Source of the DNA: Cenarchaeum sp.
GTDB lineage: Archaea; Thermoproteota; Nitrososphaeria; Nitrososphaerales; Nitrosopumilaceae
DNA length: 64,000 nucleotides
NCBI GenBank assembly: GCA_965242695.1
Contig: CBDESU010000002.1
Coordinates: 224,001 to 288,000 of the forward strand
Direction: 5' to 3'
Shown here: in pieces, positions 18,362 to 28,712 of the stretch
How the letters are laid out: each line of letters starts with the position of its first letter
Position numbering within the stretch: the first letter of the stretch is position 1
Translations under genes and position numbers: made by a program
Notes under the pieces: generated by a model
What the model was told of the DNA's origin: nothing
Databases searched by the model: none
The model's input: the letters and a program-made list of their open reading frames with translations, nothing else

Positions 18362-18652
18362 CAAGCGAGCGGCGCGGGCGGCGCGGCGCATATTACCTTT
18401 TGTGGGGCGCGGGCCGCGGCTGCGCATGGGTCTGGACGGCATCCAGGCCGCGGCGTCTCCCTGTCGGCGGGCGGGGCGATCGCGGGCAGGGGGCGCCGCC
18501 CCTTGTCCGGCCCGCCCCCTCCCGCCGAGGGACGGGGGCGCCCTTCCCTCCCGGCCCGCGGCAGGCCGCGTGCGCGATGCGCCCCGGGGCCGCATCCGCG
18601 GCCCGGCACTGCGCCGGAAAGATTATTGAAGACGGGGCGCGGGCCGCCCCCG

Positions 18653-19708
18653 TTGAGGGTATGGTTCGACATTCTCACGCCCAAGCAGGTCGTCTTCTTC
18701 GAGCCCATGGTGCGCAGGCTTAGAAGGGGCGGCCACAGGGTGCTGTGCACGTCGCGCTCGTACAGGGAGGCGACCGAGCTGGCCAGGGTGCGCCGCTTCC
18801 CCACCGTGCAGATCGGCAGGCACGGCGGGGGCACCCGGGGCGGCAAGCTTGCGGCCGGCGCGCGGCGCATCAAGGAGCTGGTTCCGGCCGCGTCCAGGTT
18901 CAGCCCCGACCTTGCGGTCAGCTTTTGCTCGCCCGACGCGGCGTTCGCCGCGCACGGCCTCGGAATCGACCACATTGCGTTCATCGACGCGCCGCACTCG
19001 CACAAGGTCCTCAGCCTCACCGCGCCGCTCGTCGCAAAGCTCCTCGTGCCGTGGATCGTGCCCAGGGCGGCCATCGCGCGGCACGGCATGCCGCGCGCGG
19101 ATGTCGTCCAGTACAGGTCGATAGACGGCGCCATAACGGCAAAGAGGCCTGCTGCGCGCGGGGGCGGCCGCCTCCCCGTCGATCCGTCAAAAAGGACGAT
19201 ACTCGTCAGGCCCACCGAGACGCAGGCGTCGTACACCGACGGCTCGAACGTCGCCGACGGCGCCATCAGGGCCCTGGCCGGGGCGTTTCCCTCCGAGAAC
19301 ATACTCGTGCTGTCCCGGTACGCCGAGCAGACCAGGCGGATCAGGTCCATGTTCGGCAGCGCCGTCACCGTAACCGGCATGGCGCACGACGGAAGGCACC
19401 TGCTCGACAACTGCGACGTGTTCGTCGGGTCGGGCGGGACGATGACGGCCGAGGCGGCCCTGTCGGGCGTCCCGACCGTGTCCTACAACGGCGTCCCCAA
19501 CGTCATCGAGCGGTACCTTGTGCGCAGGCGCCTTGCAAGCAGGGAGACGACCGAGCGGGGCATACGGCGGCGCGTGGCGGGCATGCTCGCCGCCGGCGCG
19601 GCCGGAAAGAGGGCCGCCGCGGCGCGGGCCCGCAGCGAGGTGGCATCCATGGAGGACCCGTTCGACTGCCTTGCAAGGGCGGCGGCATCCATCGGCAGGC
19701 CGCTGTAG
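18653..19708 (+). CDS. DUF354 family GT-B fold protein (LpxB-related archaeal protein)
   Basis: RVWFDILTPKQVVFF, IGRHGG, SFCSPDAA, GSGGTMTAEAALSGVPTVS. TTG start at 18653 inside the long track ORF. Confidence 0.85.
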   Translation: MRVWFDILTPKQVVFFEPMVRRLRRGGHRVLCTSRSYREATELARVRRFPTVQIGRHGGGTRGGKLAAGARRIKELVPAASRFSPDLAVSFCSPDAAFAAHGLGIDHIAFIDAPHSHKVLSLTAPLVAKLLVPWIVPRAAIARHGMPRADVVQYRSIDGAITAKRPAARGGGRLPVDPSKRTILVRPTETQASYTDGSNVADGAIRALAGAFPSENILVLSRYAEQTRRIRSMFGSAVTVTGMAHDGRHLLDNCDVFVGSGGTMTAEAALSGVPTVSYNGVPNVIERYLVRRRLASRETTERGIRRRVAGMLAAGAAGKRAAAARARSEVASMEDPFDCLARAAASIGRPL

Positions 19709-19771
19709 GCCGCGCGGGCGCGGGCCGCGGCGCAAAAGAACAGTTATTGAGACTCTTGGCGGGGCGGCCCC

Positions 19772-21262
19772 GTGGCAGGAGGCGGCGATGCGGGCGGGAC
19801 GGCCCTTGCGGCGACGCTAGAGGCCGTGCGGGCCGGCCGGTACGCCGTCGAGGTGTACGGCCTCGGGTACGTCGGGCTCCCCCTTGCCGTCCGCCTCGCC
19901 AGCGGCGGCGGCGTGCGCGTGGCCGGAATCGACGTCGATGCGGGCCGCGTCGAGAGGCTGCGCGCCGGGCGCCTGATGAGCTCCGAGGCGCACCTGGCCG
20001 GCGAGTTCGGCAGGGCCGTCGAGTCGGGGCTCCTCTCCGTCGGGGGCGGCCCCCCTCCGAACGCCGTCGTCCCCCGAATCGGCATCATCTGCGTCCCGAC
20101 CCCGCTGCCCGGCGGGCCCGAGCCGTCGTCGGCGAGGGTCATGGCGGCGGCCGAGGCGTTTGTCGGCGCCGGCTCTGGGCCCGGCGATGTCGTCATTATA
20201 GAGAGCAGCGTCGGCAGCGGCACGACCGACACGGTGCGCCGCATGATCGAGTCGCGCGGCCTGGCCGTCGGCAGGGACTGCGGGCTGGCGTTCTGCCCCG
20301 AGAGGATAGACCCCGCAAACAAGAGGTGGGGCCTGGAGAACATACCGCGCGTCGCGTACTGCTCGGACGACCTGACGTACGGCATCGCAAGCGAGGTGTA
20401 CAGGCGCGTCAACAGCGCGAGCCTGTTTCGGGTAAGCTCGGCCGCCGCCGCCGAGGTCGTAAAGTCGTACGAGAACGCGTTCCGCCTCGTCAACATATCG
20501 CTGGTCAACGAGCTGGCCGTCCTGTGCGACGCGCTCGGCATAGACTCGCGCGAGGTCATCGCGGCGGCGGCCACCAAGCCGTTCGGGTTCATGCCGTTCG
20601 CGCCGGGCGCCGGCGCCGGCGGCCACTGCATACCAAAGGACCCGAGGTTCCTGTCCGAGGCGGCAAGGGAGTCGTCGGGCGGCCGGCCGTTCACGACAAT
20701 CGACAACGCCCTTGCGACCAACGCCGCAATGCCCGAGTACGTGTGCGGGCGCATACTCGGCAGGGTCGAGTCGATGGGGCTGGCCAGGACGGCCATGGTA
20801 TGCGGCATGGCCTACAAGGCCGACGTCGAGGACATGCGGGACTCGCCGGGCTTTCGCATCGCGGCGGGCCTGGCCGGCCTCGGCTTCAAGGTGCGCACGT
20901 TCGATCCCTACTACGACGAGGCGCTGCAGCCCAGGTACCTCCTCGAGAACGGCATGGGCGGCGGCCCGGCGCGGTTCAGGGCCGCCGGCGAGCTGAGCGC
21001 GGCCACGCTGCGCGGAACGAGCTGCCTGTGCATAGTCCAGCACCACGCCAGGGCGCGCCGGCAGGTCGAGGAGGCGTACGCGGCCTCGCTCGTCCCCGTC
21101 GTATACGACTGCCAGAACAGGCTCATGCCGGTCGCCGGAAGCCGCTCCATCCTCGACAGGCTCGGCGCGCCGGCGGCGGGGGAGGGTGGAGGCGGGAACG
21201 GGGCCGCGGAAGGCCCGGCCGGCAATACGGTTATTGCCCGCGGAGGCGGCGGCGCCGCATGA
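19772..21262 (+). CDS. nucleotide-sugar dehydrogenase (UDP-HexNAc 6-dehydrogenase, WecC/WbpA family)
   Basis: GLGYVGLPLA, ICVPTP, IESSVGSGTT, FCPERIDP, KSYENAFRLVNISLVNE, GGHCIPKDP, AYKADVEDMRDSP. Confidence 0.93.
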   Translation: MAGGGDAGGTALAATLEAVRAGRYAVEVYGLGYVGLPLAVRLASGGGVRVAGIDVDAGRVERLRAGRLMSSEAHLAGEFGRAVESGLLSVGGGPPPNAVVPRIGIICVPTPLPGGPEPSSARVMAAAEAFVGAGSGPGDVVIIESSVGSGTTDTVRRMIESRGLAVGRDCGLAFCPERIDPANKRWGLENIPRVAYCSDDLTYGIASEVYRRVNSASLFRVSSAAAAEVVKSYENAFRLVNISLVNELAVLCDALGIDSREVIAAAATKPFGFMPFAPGAGAGGHCIPKDPRFLSEAARESSGGRPFTTIDNALATNAAMPEYVCGRILGRVESMGLARTAMVCGMAYKADVEDMRDSPGFRIAAGLAGLGFKVRTFDPYYDEALQPRYLLENGMGGGPARFRAAGELSAATLRGTSCLCIVQHHARARRQVEEAYAASLVPVVYDCQNRLMPVAGSRSILDRLGAPAAGEGGGGNGAAEGPAGNTVIARGGGGAA

Positions 21263-22401
21263 GGGTCTGGTTCGACGCGCCGGCGGCCAGGGACCTGCTC
21301 TTCCTCGAGGGCGCCGTCTCGAGGGTCGCCCGCCGGCACGAGACGCTGCTCACGACGTCCGGCGATCCGACCGCGCTTGCCTTGTCCCGCGCGCGGCGGC
21401 TGGGGGCGCGGCGGGCCGGCGGGCCGGCTGCGGCTGCGGCTGCGGCCCATTCCCCGGCAGGCCGCGCCGGGGACGGGAAGGGGAGTGCGGCGGCCAAGAG
21501 GAGGGCCAGGCTCGATGCAAGGGTGTCAAGGCTCGGCCCCTTGGCTCGCCTGGCGTCCGGCTTTTCCCCCGACCTTGCCGTGAGCGTCTCGTCGGCAGAG
21601 GCGGCCCGCGCGGCCTTTGGCCTTGCCGTTCCCCATGTCGCGTTCGGCATGGACGAGCCGGGCGACGACGAGCTTGCCAGGCTGACGGCGCCGCTGGTCC
21701 AAAAGATGATCATACCGCGGCATGCCCCCGCCGCGCCGCTCGTCCGGCGCGGGCTGGCCGCGGCCGACATCGTGCGGTTCAGGGGGACGATCGCCTCGGC
21801 AACGGCGCGGCGCAAGCCGGCGCCTGCGGAGGGCGGGGCGAAGCGGCGGCTGCAGCAGAGGGCGGTCTCGGCCGCGGAGGGATACGTCCTTGCCAGGCCT
21901 CCCGCCGGCGGGGGCGCCGCATGGGCAAAGGAGGTCGCCGAGGCCGTCCTTGGAGGGCGCCGCCTGGCCATGGTCGCCGTCCTGCCGAGGCCCGGGCAGG
22001 CAAGGGGCCTTAGGTCCTCGCTCGGCATTGCAGCAAGGGTCATCGCCGGCGGGGTGCACGACGGCATGCCCCTGCTCGGCGCATGCCGCGCCTTTGTCGG
22101 GGCGGCCGGATCGACCATGGCATTCGAGGCGGCCCTGCGCGGCGTGCCGGCCGTCGCGTACGGGCCTGACGCGGGCGGGGCCCGCGCGGATGCCACCGGC
22201 GAGTCGCGCCTTGTGCGGCTTCGCCTGCTGTCCAGGGCCAGCACGGCGGCGGGCCTGCGAGCCAGGATCGGGGCCCTGCTGTCCGCTGGTCCCGGCGCGC
22301 GGGCAAGGGCCAGGGCCAGGGCCAGGGCCGAGCTGTCGTCCATGGAAGAGCCGTTCGCGGCGCTGTCAAGGGCAGCGCGGGCGGCCGGGGCAAGGCTGTA
22401 G
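21259..22401 (+). CDS. divergent second DUF354-like protein (380 aa)
   Basis: MRVWFD..., FSPDLAVS, AAFGLAVPHVAF, TMAFEAALRGVPAV and SMEEPF align with 18653-19708. ATGA-coupled to the dehydrogenase. Confidence 0.75.
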   Translation: MRVWFDAPAARDLLFLEGAVSRVARRHETLLTTSGDPTALALSRARRLGARRAGGPAAAAAAAHSPAGRAGDGKGSAAAKRRARLDARVSRLGPLARLASGFSPDLAVSVSSAEAARAAFGLAVPHVAFGMDEPGDDELARLTAPLVQKMIIPRHAPAAPLVRRGLAAADIVRFRGTIASATARRKPAPAEGGAKRRLQQRAVSAAEGYVLARPPAGGGAAWAKEVAEAVLGGRRLAMVAVLPRPGQARGLRSSLGIAARVIAGGVHDGMPLLGACRAFVGAAGSTMAFEAALRGVPAVAYGPDAGGARADATGESRLVRLRLLSRASTAAGLRARIGALLSAGPGARARARARARAELSSMEEPFAALSRAARAAGARL

Positions 22402-22622
22402 GGGCTCTCCCGCCCGCTCGGTTGCGGCATACTTCACACTGCCGAGGCCGGCGCGGGGAGTGGAAGTAGGCGCGCGGCGGCTGCGAAGTCCTCCCTGCGC
22501 GCCTCATGACATGGATGCGCTAGGGCAGTGGTGCCGCGCGCGGAGCCGCGGGCCGATCCGTGATGCGGAGCCATGCAAGCCCCAAGTGCAGGTCAAGGCC
22601 TTTTTCACAGGCGAGGGAACTG

Positions 22623-24410
22623 TCATGCGCTCTGTACGCCAAGTATCTCGCACAGCCTTGTCCCAAACGGATCTCGGCCTCCCATGTACTTGCGCCATCT
22701 TTCCCTTCGCCGGTACAGGCTCGGCAGCTTGTTCTCCTTGCGAAGCGGATCGCGCAAATAGTACATCTTCTGCTCGCTGAGGGGCTTGTCGGCATGGTCT
22801 CCTATGACTTCCGTAATTTCGTCCGCAATCCAGATGACAAGATCCATCAGCTCGTCGTCCATCTTGTCCATGACGTCGGCGTCGTACCTGATCGCATTGT
22901 CGATGATTGCGTCCACAACGGCGTTTTTTGTGTTTGTATCCATCGAGCCGAGTATTCGGCCAACTAGTCCTATCACGTAGTACCGCCCAATTTTGTACCT
23001 CAGCAGAAACCGGGCGTTTTTCTCGTCTTTGCCGACGCCGATGCCCTCCCCAATCCGTCTCTTGATTCTGCCAAGCAGGTGGTCAAAGACGCTAGGCACG
23101 ATGAAATCTTTCGGACCCGCATCCTCGTAGAGGCCGATGAACGGCTGCGACTTATCCGGGTCTTTCGGATCAAACGTGAATATCTTTGACGCCGACAGCT
23201 GCATTGACAAATCGGGGCTTCCCGTGTATGCCAGCTTTAGCCGGGCCGCGTCCACATTTCTGATCAGGTACAGTGCTTGCCTGGTTCTAGGGCGCTCGGT
23301 CCAGGTCAGCCACAGCCCCCTCTTCCGCTCGAAGAAGAACTTGTCGTAGTCTTTGAACCGCTCCTCGAGCTTTTTCAGGTACGGATGGTTGGATTGCATG
23401 TCCGGGTCTTTTATGACATTCTGGTGGTTTGTGCACCTGCTTATGTTTTCGCTAAATTCTGTGTCGCTCGTTTCCGACAGGCGAATCACCAGTCCCGCTC
23501 TCGGATCAACGTCGTCCATGTTGGCTATGGTTGTGATGGTCTGGCATCCATTGACTATCTTCAGGTTGTCTATCCACGCAATGCCGGTCTCCTTGTTGTA
23601 TTCAAAACGCTCGCATATTGCGCTAATGCCGTTGTTGTAGTGCCAGAGTCTTGCAGGCTCGGACTCTACAGTTTCCTTGATTTTTTTGGAAACAACGGAC
23701 TTCGAACCCAGGGACGATCGTGGGTTTAGGGAAAAAAGTGTCGGGACGCCGACAGATTTGCACACCTCCTTCAGCTCGGAAGCCGGCACGGTGGCGACCA
23801 TTCTTTTCACCTGCGTACCGGCTGCTGCGCCCACAAAGCACTCTCCTTTGATCAAGCGCAGCTCGCGTGGAGGGGTTTTTGGGTTACCCACATAGGCAAT
23901 CAGATCCCCGATTTCGAGGAATTCGAATGTTGTATCGCTGGGCATGTTCTGGTCCACCGACGGTGTGATGCTTTTCGCAGATTCGGACAGGGTCGCAGTT
24001 GTGACAAAAAGCAGTCGCGTCGAATATTTTTGCTCAACTAGACTCTTATACCGTTTTTGCTGCTCCTGAAAGCGTGAACTGCAGTCGCCGGTATTGGACA
24101 GCAGCTTCTTCGGAATCGCGTAAAAGTCAAGGACTGCTTTTGGCTCCACTTTGGACGACCTGTCTTCGCTGAATTTTGCCTGTATGATTGTGACTGTTTT
24201 GTTCGCGCAGTCCACATGGAAATAGTCTATTCCCCCGTCGGCCCCCATGGCGTCTTCCAGCGCGTCGTTCACATCCTTGTCTTCGACTCCCAGCACGTTT
24301 GAGGCAGACCAGTGTTGGAAGGCCCGGTCGAGATCGCGGTATGTATAATCGTCCCGAATGTGCTTTACTTCCTCCACAAGCACGTGCCGCAGCTCTTCTT
24401 CCCTGTCCAT
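22623..24410 (-). CDS. AIPR family protein (abortive infection phage resistance)
   Basis: N-terminal DGGIDY..IIQAKF; core LFSLNPRSSLG..IKETV..P..LWHYNNGISAIC..IVNGCQT..TNHQNVIKDPD. AT-rich. Confidence 0.88.
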   Translation of the reverse strand: MDREEELRHVLVEEVKHIRDDYTYRDLDRAFQHWSASNVLGVEDKDVNDALEDAMGADGGIDYFHVDCANKTVTIIQAKFSEDRSSKVEPKAVLDFYAIPKKLLSNTGDCSSRFQEQQKRYKSLVEQKYSTRLLFVTTATLSESAKSITPSVDQNMPSDTTFEFLEIGDLIAYVGNPKTPPRELRLIKGECFVGAAAGTQVKRMVATVPASELKEVCKSVGVPTLFSLNPRSSLGSKSVVSKKIKETVESEPARLWHYNNGISAICERFEYNKETGIAWIDNLKIVNGCQTITTIANMDDVDPRAGLVIRLSETSDTEFSENISRCTNHQNVIKDPDMQSNHPYLKKLEERFKDYDKFFFERKRGLWLTWTERPRTRQALYLIRNVDAARLKLAYTGSPDLSMQLSASKIFTFDPKDPDKSQPFIGLYEDAGPKDFIVPSVFDHLLGRIKRRIGEGIGVGKDEKNARFLLRYKIGRYYVIGLVGRILGSMDTNTKNAVVDAIIDNAIRYDADVMDKMDDELMDLVIWIADEITEVIGDHADKPLSEQKMYYLRDPLRKENKLPSLYRRRERWRKYMGGRDPFGTRLCEILGVQSA

Positions 24411-25227
24411 TCAGCATGCGGATTTCCTTAATGTATATCAATGTGTCGGTATGCGTGCACCTGCGTCGCTGATTGCACATTTGAACGGTGTTGATCGCCT
24501 CCCAATGCGCAGTGTCAAATTAGAACGTGCGTCCAATTGTGCGCTTGCGCGCGTCGGTGCGCATCAAGCATGCGTAAGCCGCCGCGCAAGTGCAGTGGCG
24601 ATCGCATTGCTCGTAGCATGCTCCGCATCCCGCAAAGGAAAAAGCCGAGGCTCCCACGACAGCGCCTGCCGGCTGTCACTGGGCGGATCGCCCTGCTCAA
24701 GCGCCGCGCGGGGGGCGTGTCGGCCGAGGCGGTCCAAAACTTGCACGTGCAGAGCCATAGAATTGCCGGTGCTCGCATGCTTGGGGGCGCCGCCGCCAGC
24801 GATCGCCCGCGGATACGCCCACTGCCTGCGGGCGTCCGTCGAGGGCCGCTCAAGCAGGGCGGCCGCAGCCAGGAAGCTGCAAGCGGCGACCACGTGCCGC
24901 TTGCCCCGCCGCGTCCCGCTGTCTGTTCCCACACCCCGCCCACCCCTCCCCCCGCAGGGAGCCTGCGCAGGGGCACTCTCCTGCGCGCATGCTCGGGCCT
25001 CTTGACGGCACTCGCCGGCGCAGGGCGCTGAGCCGCAGTGCCGGGGCGGGCAGAGCGGCCGTGGGCGCCATTGTCGGTGGCAGCAACGGCCGGTGCCGAA
25101 TGCGCCAAGGCCAGTGGCGCAACGCAGCTTCGAGCCCTCCCCCAGGCCCAGTTCGGGCCGCATCAACGGCAGGCGCTGGAAGGACAGGGGGCGCAACGCA
25201 CAAAAGCCGGCGGGCGCGGGCGGCGGC

Positions 25228-26040
25228 ATGGCGGGCGGCGATGCACGGGTAGCAGACGGCGCCGTCCTGCGCGGCGACGTGCGGCTCGGCCGCGGCGCGC
25301 GCATAGGCCACGGCTGCATCCTAGAGGGAGACATCGCGGTGGGCGACGGCACGCGCATAGACGACTACTGCACCGTGCGCGGGCGCGTCGAGATCGGCCC
25401 GGGCAACTGGATATACCCATACTGCACCATAGGGACGGGCCCGCAGCACTCGGCGCACCTGGAGGATCCCGAGGCCGATCCCGCCGAGAGCCCCGCGCGC
25501 GGCAGCATAACAATCGGGTCGGGCAACATCATACGCGAGTACAGCACCGTCCACCTTCCCGCCGTCGATGAGAGCACCTCGATCGGCTCGCGCTGCCACG
25601 TGCTGTCGTACTCGCACATAGCGCACGACTGCGCCGTCGGCGACTCCGTCACCATGGCCAACGGGACCACGCTCGGCGGCCACTCGAGCGTCGAGGGCGG
25701 GGCCAACCTCGGCTTCAACGTGTCGGTCCACCCGTACTGCCGGATAGGCGCGTACGCCATGGTCGCAATGATGATGCCCGTCGTCAAGGACGTGCTGCCG
25801 TACGCGCTGGTCAACCGCCAGAGGCTTGCCGGCGTCAACGAGGAGGGCATGAAGAGGGCCGGCATGACGGCGTCCGACATGGCCGACGTCAGGGCCGCGT
25901 ACGGGAGGCTCGGCCTGCAGGGCGGCGGTGGGGGCAGGTTCGACGACGAGCTGCGGCGGTTCGTCAAGGCATCCAAGAGGGGCTGCTACCTGCCGGAGAT
26001 CGTGGGCGGCGCCGAGGGCGGCTCGTCGGACGAGCCGTAG
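25228..26040 (+). CDS. LpxA-like hexapeptide-repeat acyl/acetyltransferase (270 aa)
   Basis: Left-handed beta-helix repeats, IGTGPQH, IREYSTVH, SHIAHDCAVGD, KDVLPY, GVNEEGMKRAG. Confidence 0.85.
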   Translation: MAGGDARVADGAVLRGDVRLGRGARIGHGCILEGDIAVGDGTRIDDYCTVRGRVEIGPGNWIYPYCTIGTGPQHSAHLEDPEADPAESPARGSITIGSGNIIREYSTVHLPAVDESTSIGSRCHVLSYSHIAHDCAVGDSVTMANGTTLGGHSSVEGGANLGFNVSVHPYCRIGAYAMVAMMMPVVKDVLPYALVNRQRLAGVNEEGMKRAGMTASDMADVRAAYGRLGLQGGGGGRFDDELRRFVKASKRGCYLPEIVGGAEGGSSDEP

Positions 26041-26141
26041 GACTAGCCGGCGCGTCTGCGGCCCTGCAGGGTCCGGGTCCCGGGCCCGCGCGCCGTACGC
26101 AGGCGCATGCGCTTTGGCGGGCAGTGCCGCAGACGGGTGCA

Positions 26142-26714
26142 ATGCCGCACAGGGTCGTTGGCGACCTGCCCGAGGCGAACGTGTCCTTTGAGGGGGAGGA
26201 GACGCAGAGGCGCTACGAGCGGTTCATGGAGTGTATACGGGACAAGAAGCACAGCCCGGCGCTGCTCGAGATCGGCGCGCCGATCTACCGCCTTGCGGCC
26301 ACGGGGATCGACAGGGACTACATACTCGAGGCCGCCGAGGGCAAGAAAGCCCGAATTCAGCCGCGGGCGGTGCGCGTCGGTGTGGAACGAGCTGGAAAGA
26401 CGCGGGGCGGCAGGCCACGGAGCCGCATGGCAGAACAGCCCCCCGTAAGATCGAGGGCGCGATCCGGGCGGGCGCATGCGCTTGGCCGGCCCGAGGGGCG
26501 CGATCGATGCGGTGCGGGCGGTTCATGGCGGCAGCTGCATCATTCTGAACGGCGGGGACGGCCCTGCCGAGCCCGCTACTGCTGCTGCTGCTGGCCGGCC
26601 GCCCCCTCCTGCGTGCGCGCCGCCGCGGTCGCGTTGAGGATCAGCTCGACGTCCTCGCCGTCCGTGTACCACATGTACTCCCTGAAAAAGTCGCGCACCT
26701 CGGCTGTGGTATAG
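26142..26714 (+). CDS. possible hypothetical protein or gene fragment
   Basis: N-terminal ~75 aa look protein-like (SFEGEETQRRYERFMECIRDKK...); the remainder runs antisense into the next gene. Confidence 0.25.
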   Translation: MPHRVVGDLPEANVSFEGEETQRRYERFMECIRDKKHSPALLEIGAPIYRLAATGIDRDYILEAAEGKKARIQPRAVRVGVERAGKTRGGRPRSRMAEQPPVRSRARSGRAHALGRPEGRDRCGAGGSWRQLHHSERRGRPCRARYCCCCWPAAPSCVRAAAVALRISSTSSPSVYHMYSLKKSRTSAVV

Positions 26715-28712
26715 TTCCTGCGGGTCAGCATGTCGTTGACTATCTCGTCCGTGTCGCCATGGCCCCACCTGTACGCCGCCGCAAGCAGGTCGTCGCCCAT
26801 GCGGACCGCGTCGGCCTGCTCCTCGGTGTAGCCCATTATGTGCACAAAGAACTCGCGTATGTCGCTGCGCAGGTAGCCCCAGTAGAACAGCTCGTCGACT
26901 ATCTGGTCCTCGGTGTAGTTTAGCTCGATGTACGCATTTGCAAACGACGTGAGCATTGTGTTGTACTCCCCGAGCAGCGTGGTCTTGTTGAGGGCATGGG
27001 TCGGCACCGACAGCCCGATGTCGAGCTCGGTAAACTGCGGCGGCTCCACCTCCTGCCCCCGTGCCATCATGTGGTCCAGGTACGTCTGCCCTGTCGCAGC
27101 GTACTCGTCTAGGGGCATGGACTTGTTTTTCGACACCGCCATGTATATCTCTGCAACATCGCTACTAAACCCACCTCCGACTATTCTCGCGACGCCCTCC
27201 TTCAATATCTTGAACTTCGCCTTTACGGTATAGGTCTCGCCCGGCTGCGCGACCGTGGTCACGTTGTCGGGATCGTAGGGCCTGAAAACGCCGGGGTCGC
27301 CCGTCCCTATGTTCGAGACCACATCAAAGACGCTGTCCGGCTGGGAGCGGCCAGACATGGTGCTGACTCCCACCACAAGGCTTGCCAGCGGGTGAACTGC
27401 GCCAGGGCCAAATGCGCTCGAGTCGGAGTAGTCCACAGTGAACGTCATCTCTGCCACTTCGCCGACCACGGGATACTTGGAGACTGACAGGGTGTTGTGG
27501 TGCCAATGCGGCAGGCGCGGGGCGGAGGTGCTACTGTGCCCCGCCAGGCTCGGTTCTCGGGCATCTGATGCGTCGGAAGCGCGATCCCGGCCGTCCGGGT
27601 GCGTCTCCAAGCCTTGCTCCACATCTTTTGTGGGCCCCTCTAGCCAACCGCGGCCCACAAGCGTGTCGAGCGACCCCGTAAACACGCATGCCAGTGCACC
27701 TCCAGGCGAGAGCAGCGGTATCCGGCCCTCATTGCACAGTACGTCGACTGCATCCACCCCCGCTTCCAACTGCTTGAGGGGCGCGGGCACGCCGAAATCG
27801 GCCGCCGCGGGAGCCAGCACTGCAAGGGCCGTTGCCGCCGCCGTCATCAAGCATGCAACCGTCACGCTACCCACGCATATGCCGCTGAATCGCCGCATAA
27901 AAGGATTTGACTGAGGGGCAAGACGGGGAGCGGGTCGCAAAGCGCAAGCATGCAACAAGAGAACGAAGATCTGACCGCACGCAACGTCAGACGCGGCTGT
28001 GCTGATCCCCATCATGCTGCCGCATTGTACAAGATGACGGAAAGATGTGCGCCGCGGTGGCCGCGCTAGCGTGCGCAGGAATGATGGCACGAGTGCCGTA
28101 GATATGGCTCCGCGCAGCGCACACTCTTGGCCGCATCTCCAAGCCACGGAGCATGCCCCCGCCGCCGCAACCGTGCGCGCCGTATTCCCCGCGCAGGCGG
28201 GCGTAATGTCCATGCAGGGGCGCACTGCGGCGAAGCATGTCTCGCGCACGCCATGCCATGAAGCGCAAGGCACACCACGAGCCTGCTTCGTGATGTAAGC
28301 CGCGCCGCCGGCAGGCGCGGTTCTAACCTGTGTCGGCAGCCGCTTCATCCTGCCGGTCCTGCAGCGGCTGACACGACTCCCTGCATGTCCACTGCGCGGA
28401 GGAGAGTATGAAGGAGCGGCATGCGGGCCTCGGCCGGCAGGCGCGCCCAAGATCAAGTCAGACAAGTAGCAACGCCCACCGGTGCGAGTCCTTCCATGAC
28501 CTGCCCCATGCAGGGCTCCGGCGGGCGCCCGCGCCACCCCGGTGCGCGCCCCTCCGGCCGCCGCATCCGGCGGCCCGCCGCCCCTCGGCCGCCGGCGGCA
28601 GCCCGCACCGAGCTCTGCGTCCAAGTTCGCCGCGCACCCCCGATGCGCAACTCGCAGCCCTAGCACGGATCGAGGCCGTCGATCGTGCAGCTCGTGCCGC
28701 CCACGGCATTCG
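26574..28712. repeat. ~2.1 kb direct repeat, copy A (copy B ~32447-34536)
   Basis: Coding part nearly identical; the intergenic part and a decayed FnIII-like tail are recognisably homologous. Confidence 0.8.
26576..27874 (-). CDS. truncated duplicate of the N-terminus of a secreted protein (432 aa)
   Basis: Signal peptide plus thaumarchaeal PLKQLEAGV..C..ACV..LVGRGW domain. Near-identical to 32256-33743 but ends (CAG)5-TAG. Confidence 0.7.
   Translation of the reverse strand: MGSVTVACLMTAAATALAVLAPAAADFGVPAPLKQLEAGVDAVDVLCNEGRIPLLSPGGALACVFTGSLDTLVGRGWLEGPTKDVEQGLETHPDGRDRASDASDAREPSLAGHSSTSAPRLPHWHHNTLSVSKYPVVGEVAEMTFTVDYSDSSAFGPGAVHPLASLVVGVSTMSGRSQPDSVFDVVSNIGTGDPGVFRPYDPDNVTTVAQPGETYTVKAKFKILKEGVARIVGGGFSSDVAEIYMAVSKNKSMPLDEYAATGQTYLDHMMARGQEVEPPQFTELDIGLSVPTHALNKTTLLGEYNTMLTSFANAYIELNYTEDQIVDELFYWGYLRSDIREFFVHIMGYTEEQADAVRMGDDLLAAAYRWGHGDTDEIVNDMLTRRNYTTAEVRDFFREYMWYTDGEDVELILNATAAARTQEGAAGQQQQQ

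Noticed and set aside
15884-19708. 1274-aa plus-strand ORF
   Set aside because: Antisense shadow of aglB joined in frame to the real DUF354 gene starting at 18653.
18745-22401. 1218-aa ORF
   Set aside because: Arg-rich off-frame read-through of two real genes; only 21259-22401 is protein-like.
25228-26040. Assigning lpxA / lipid A pathway
   Set aside because: Archaeal context with no lpxC/D/K; treated as LpxA-like only.
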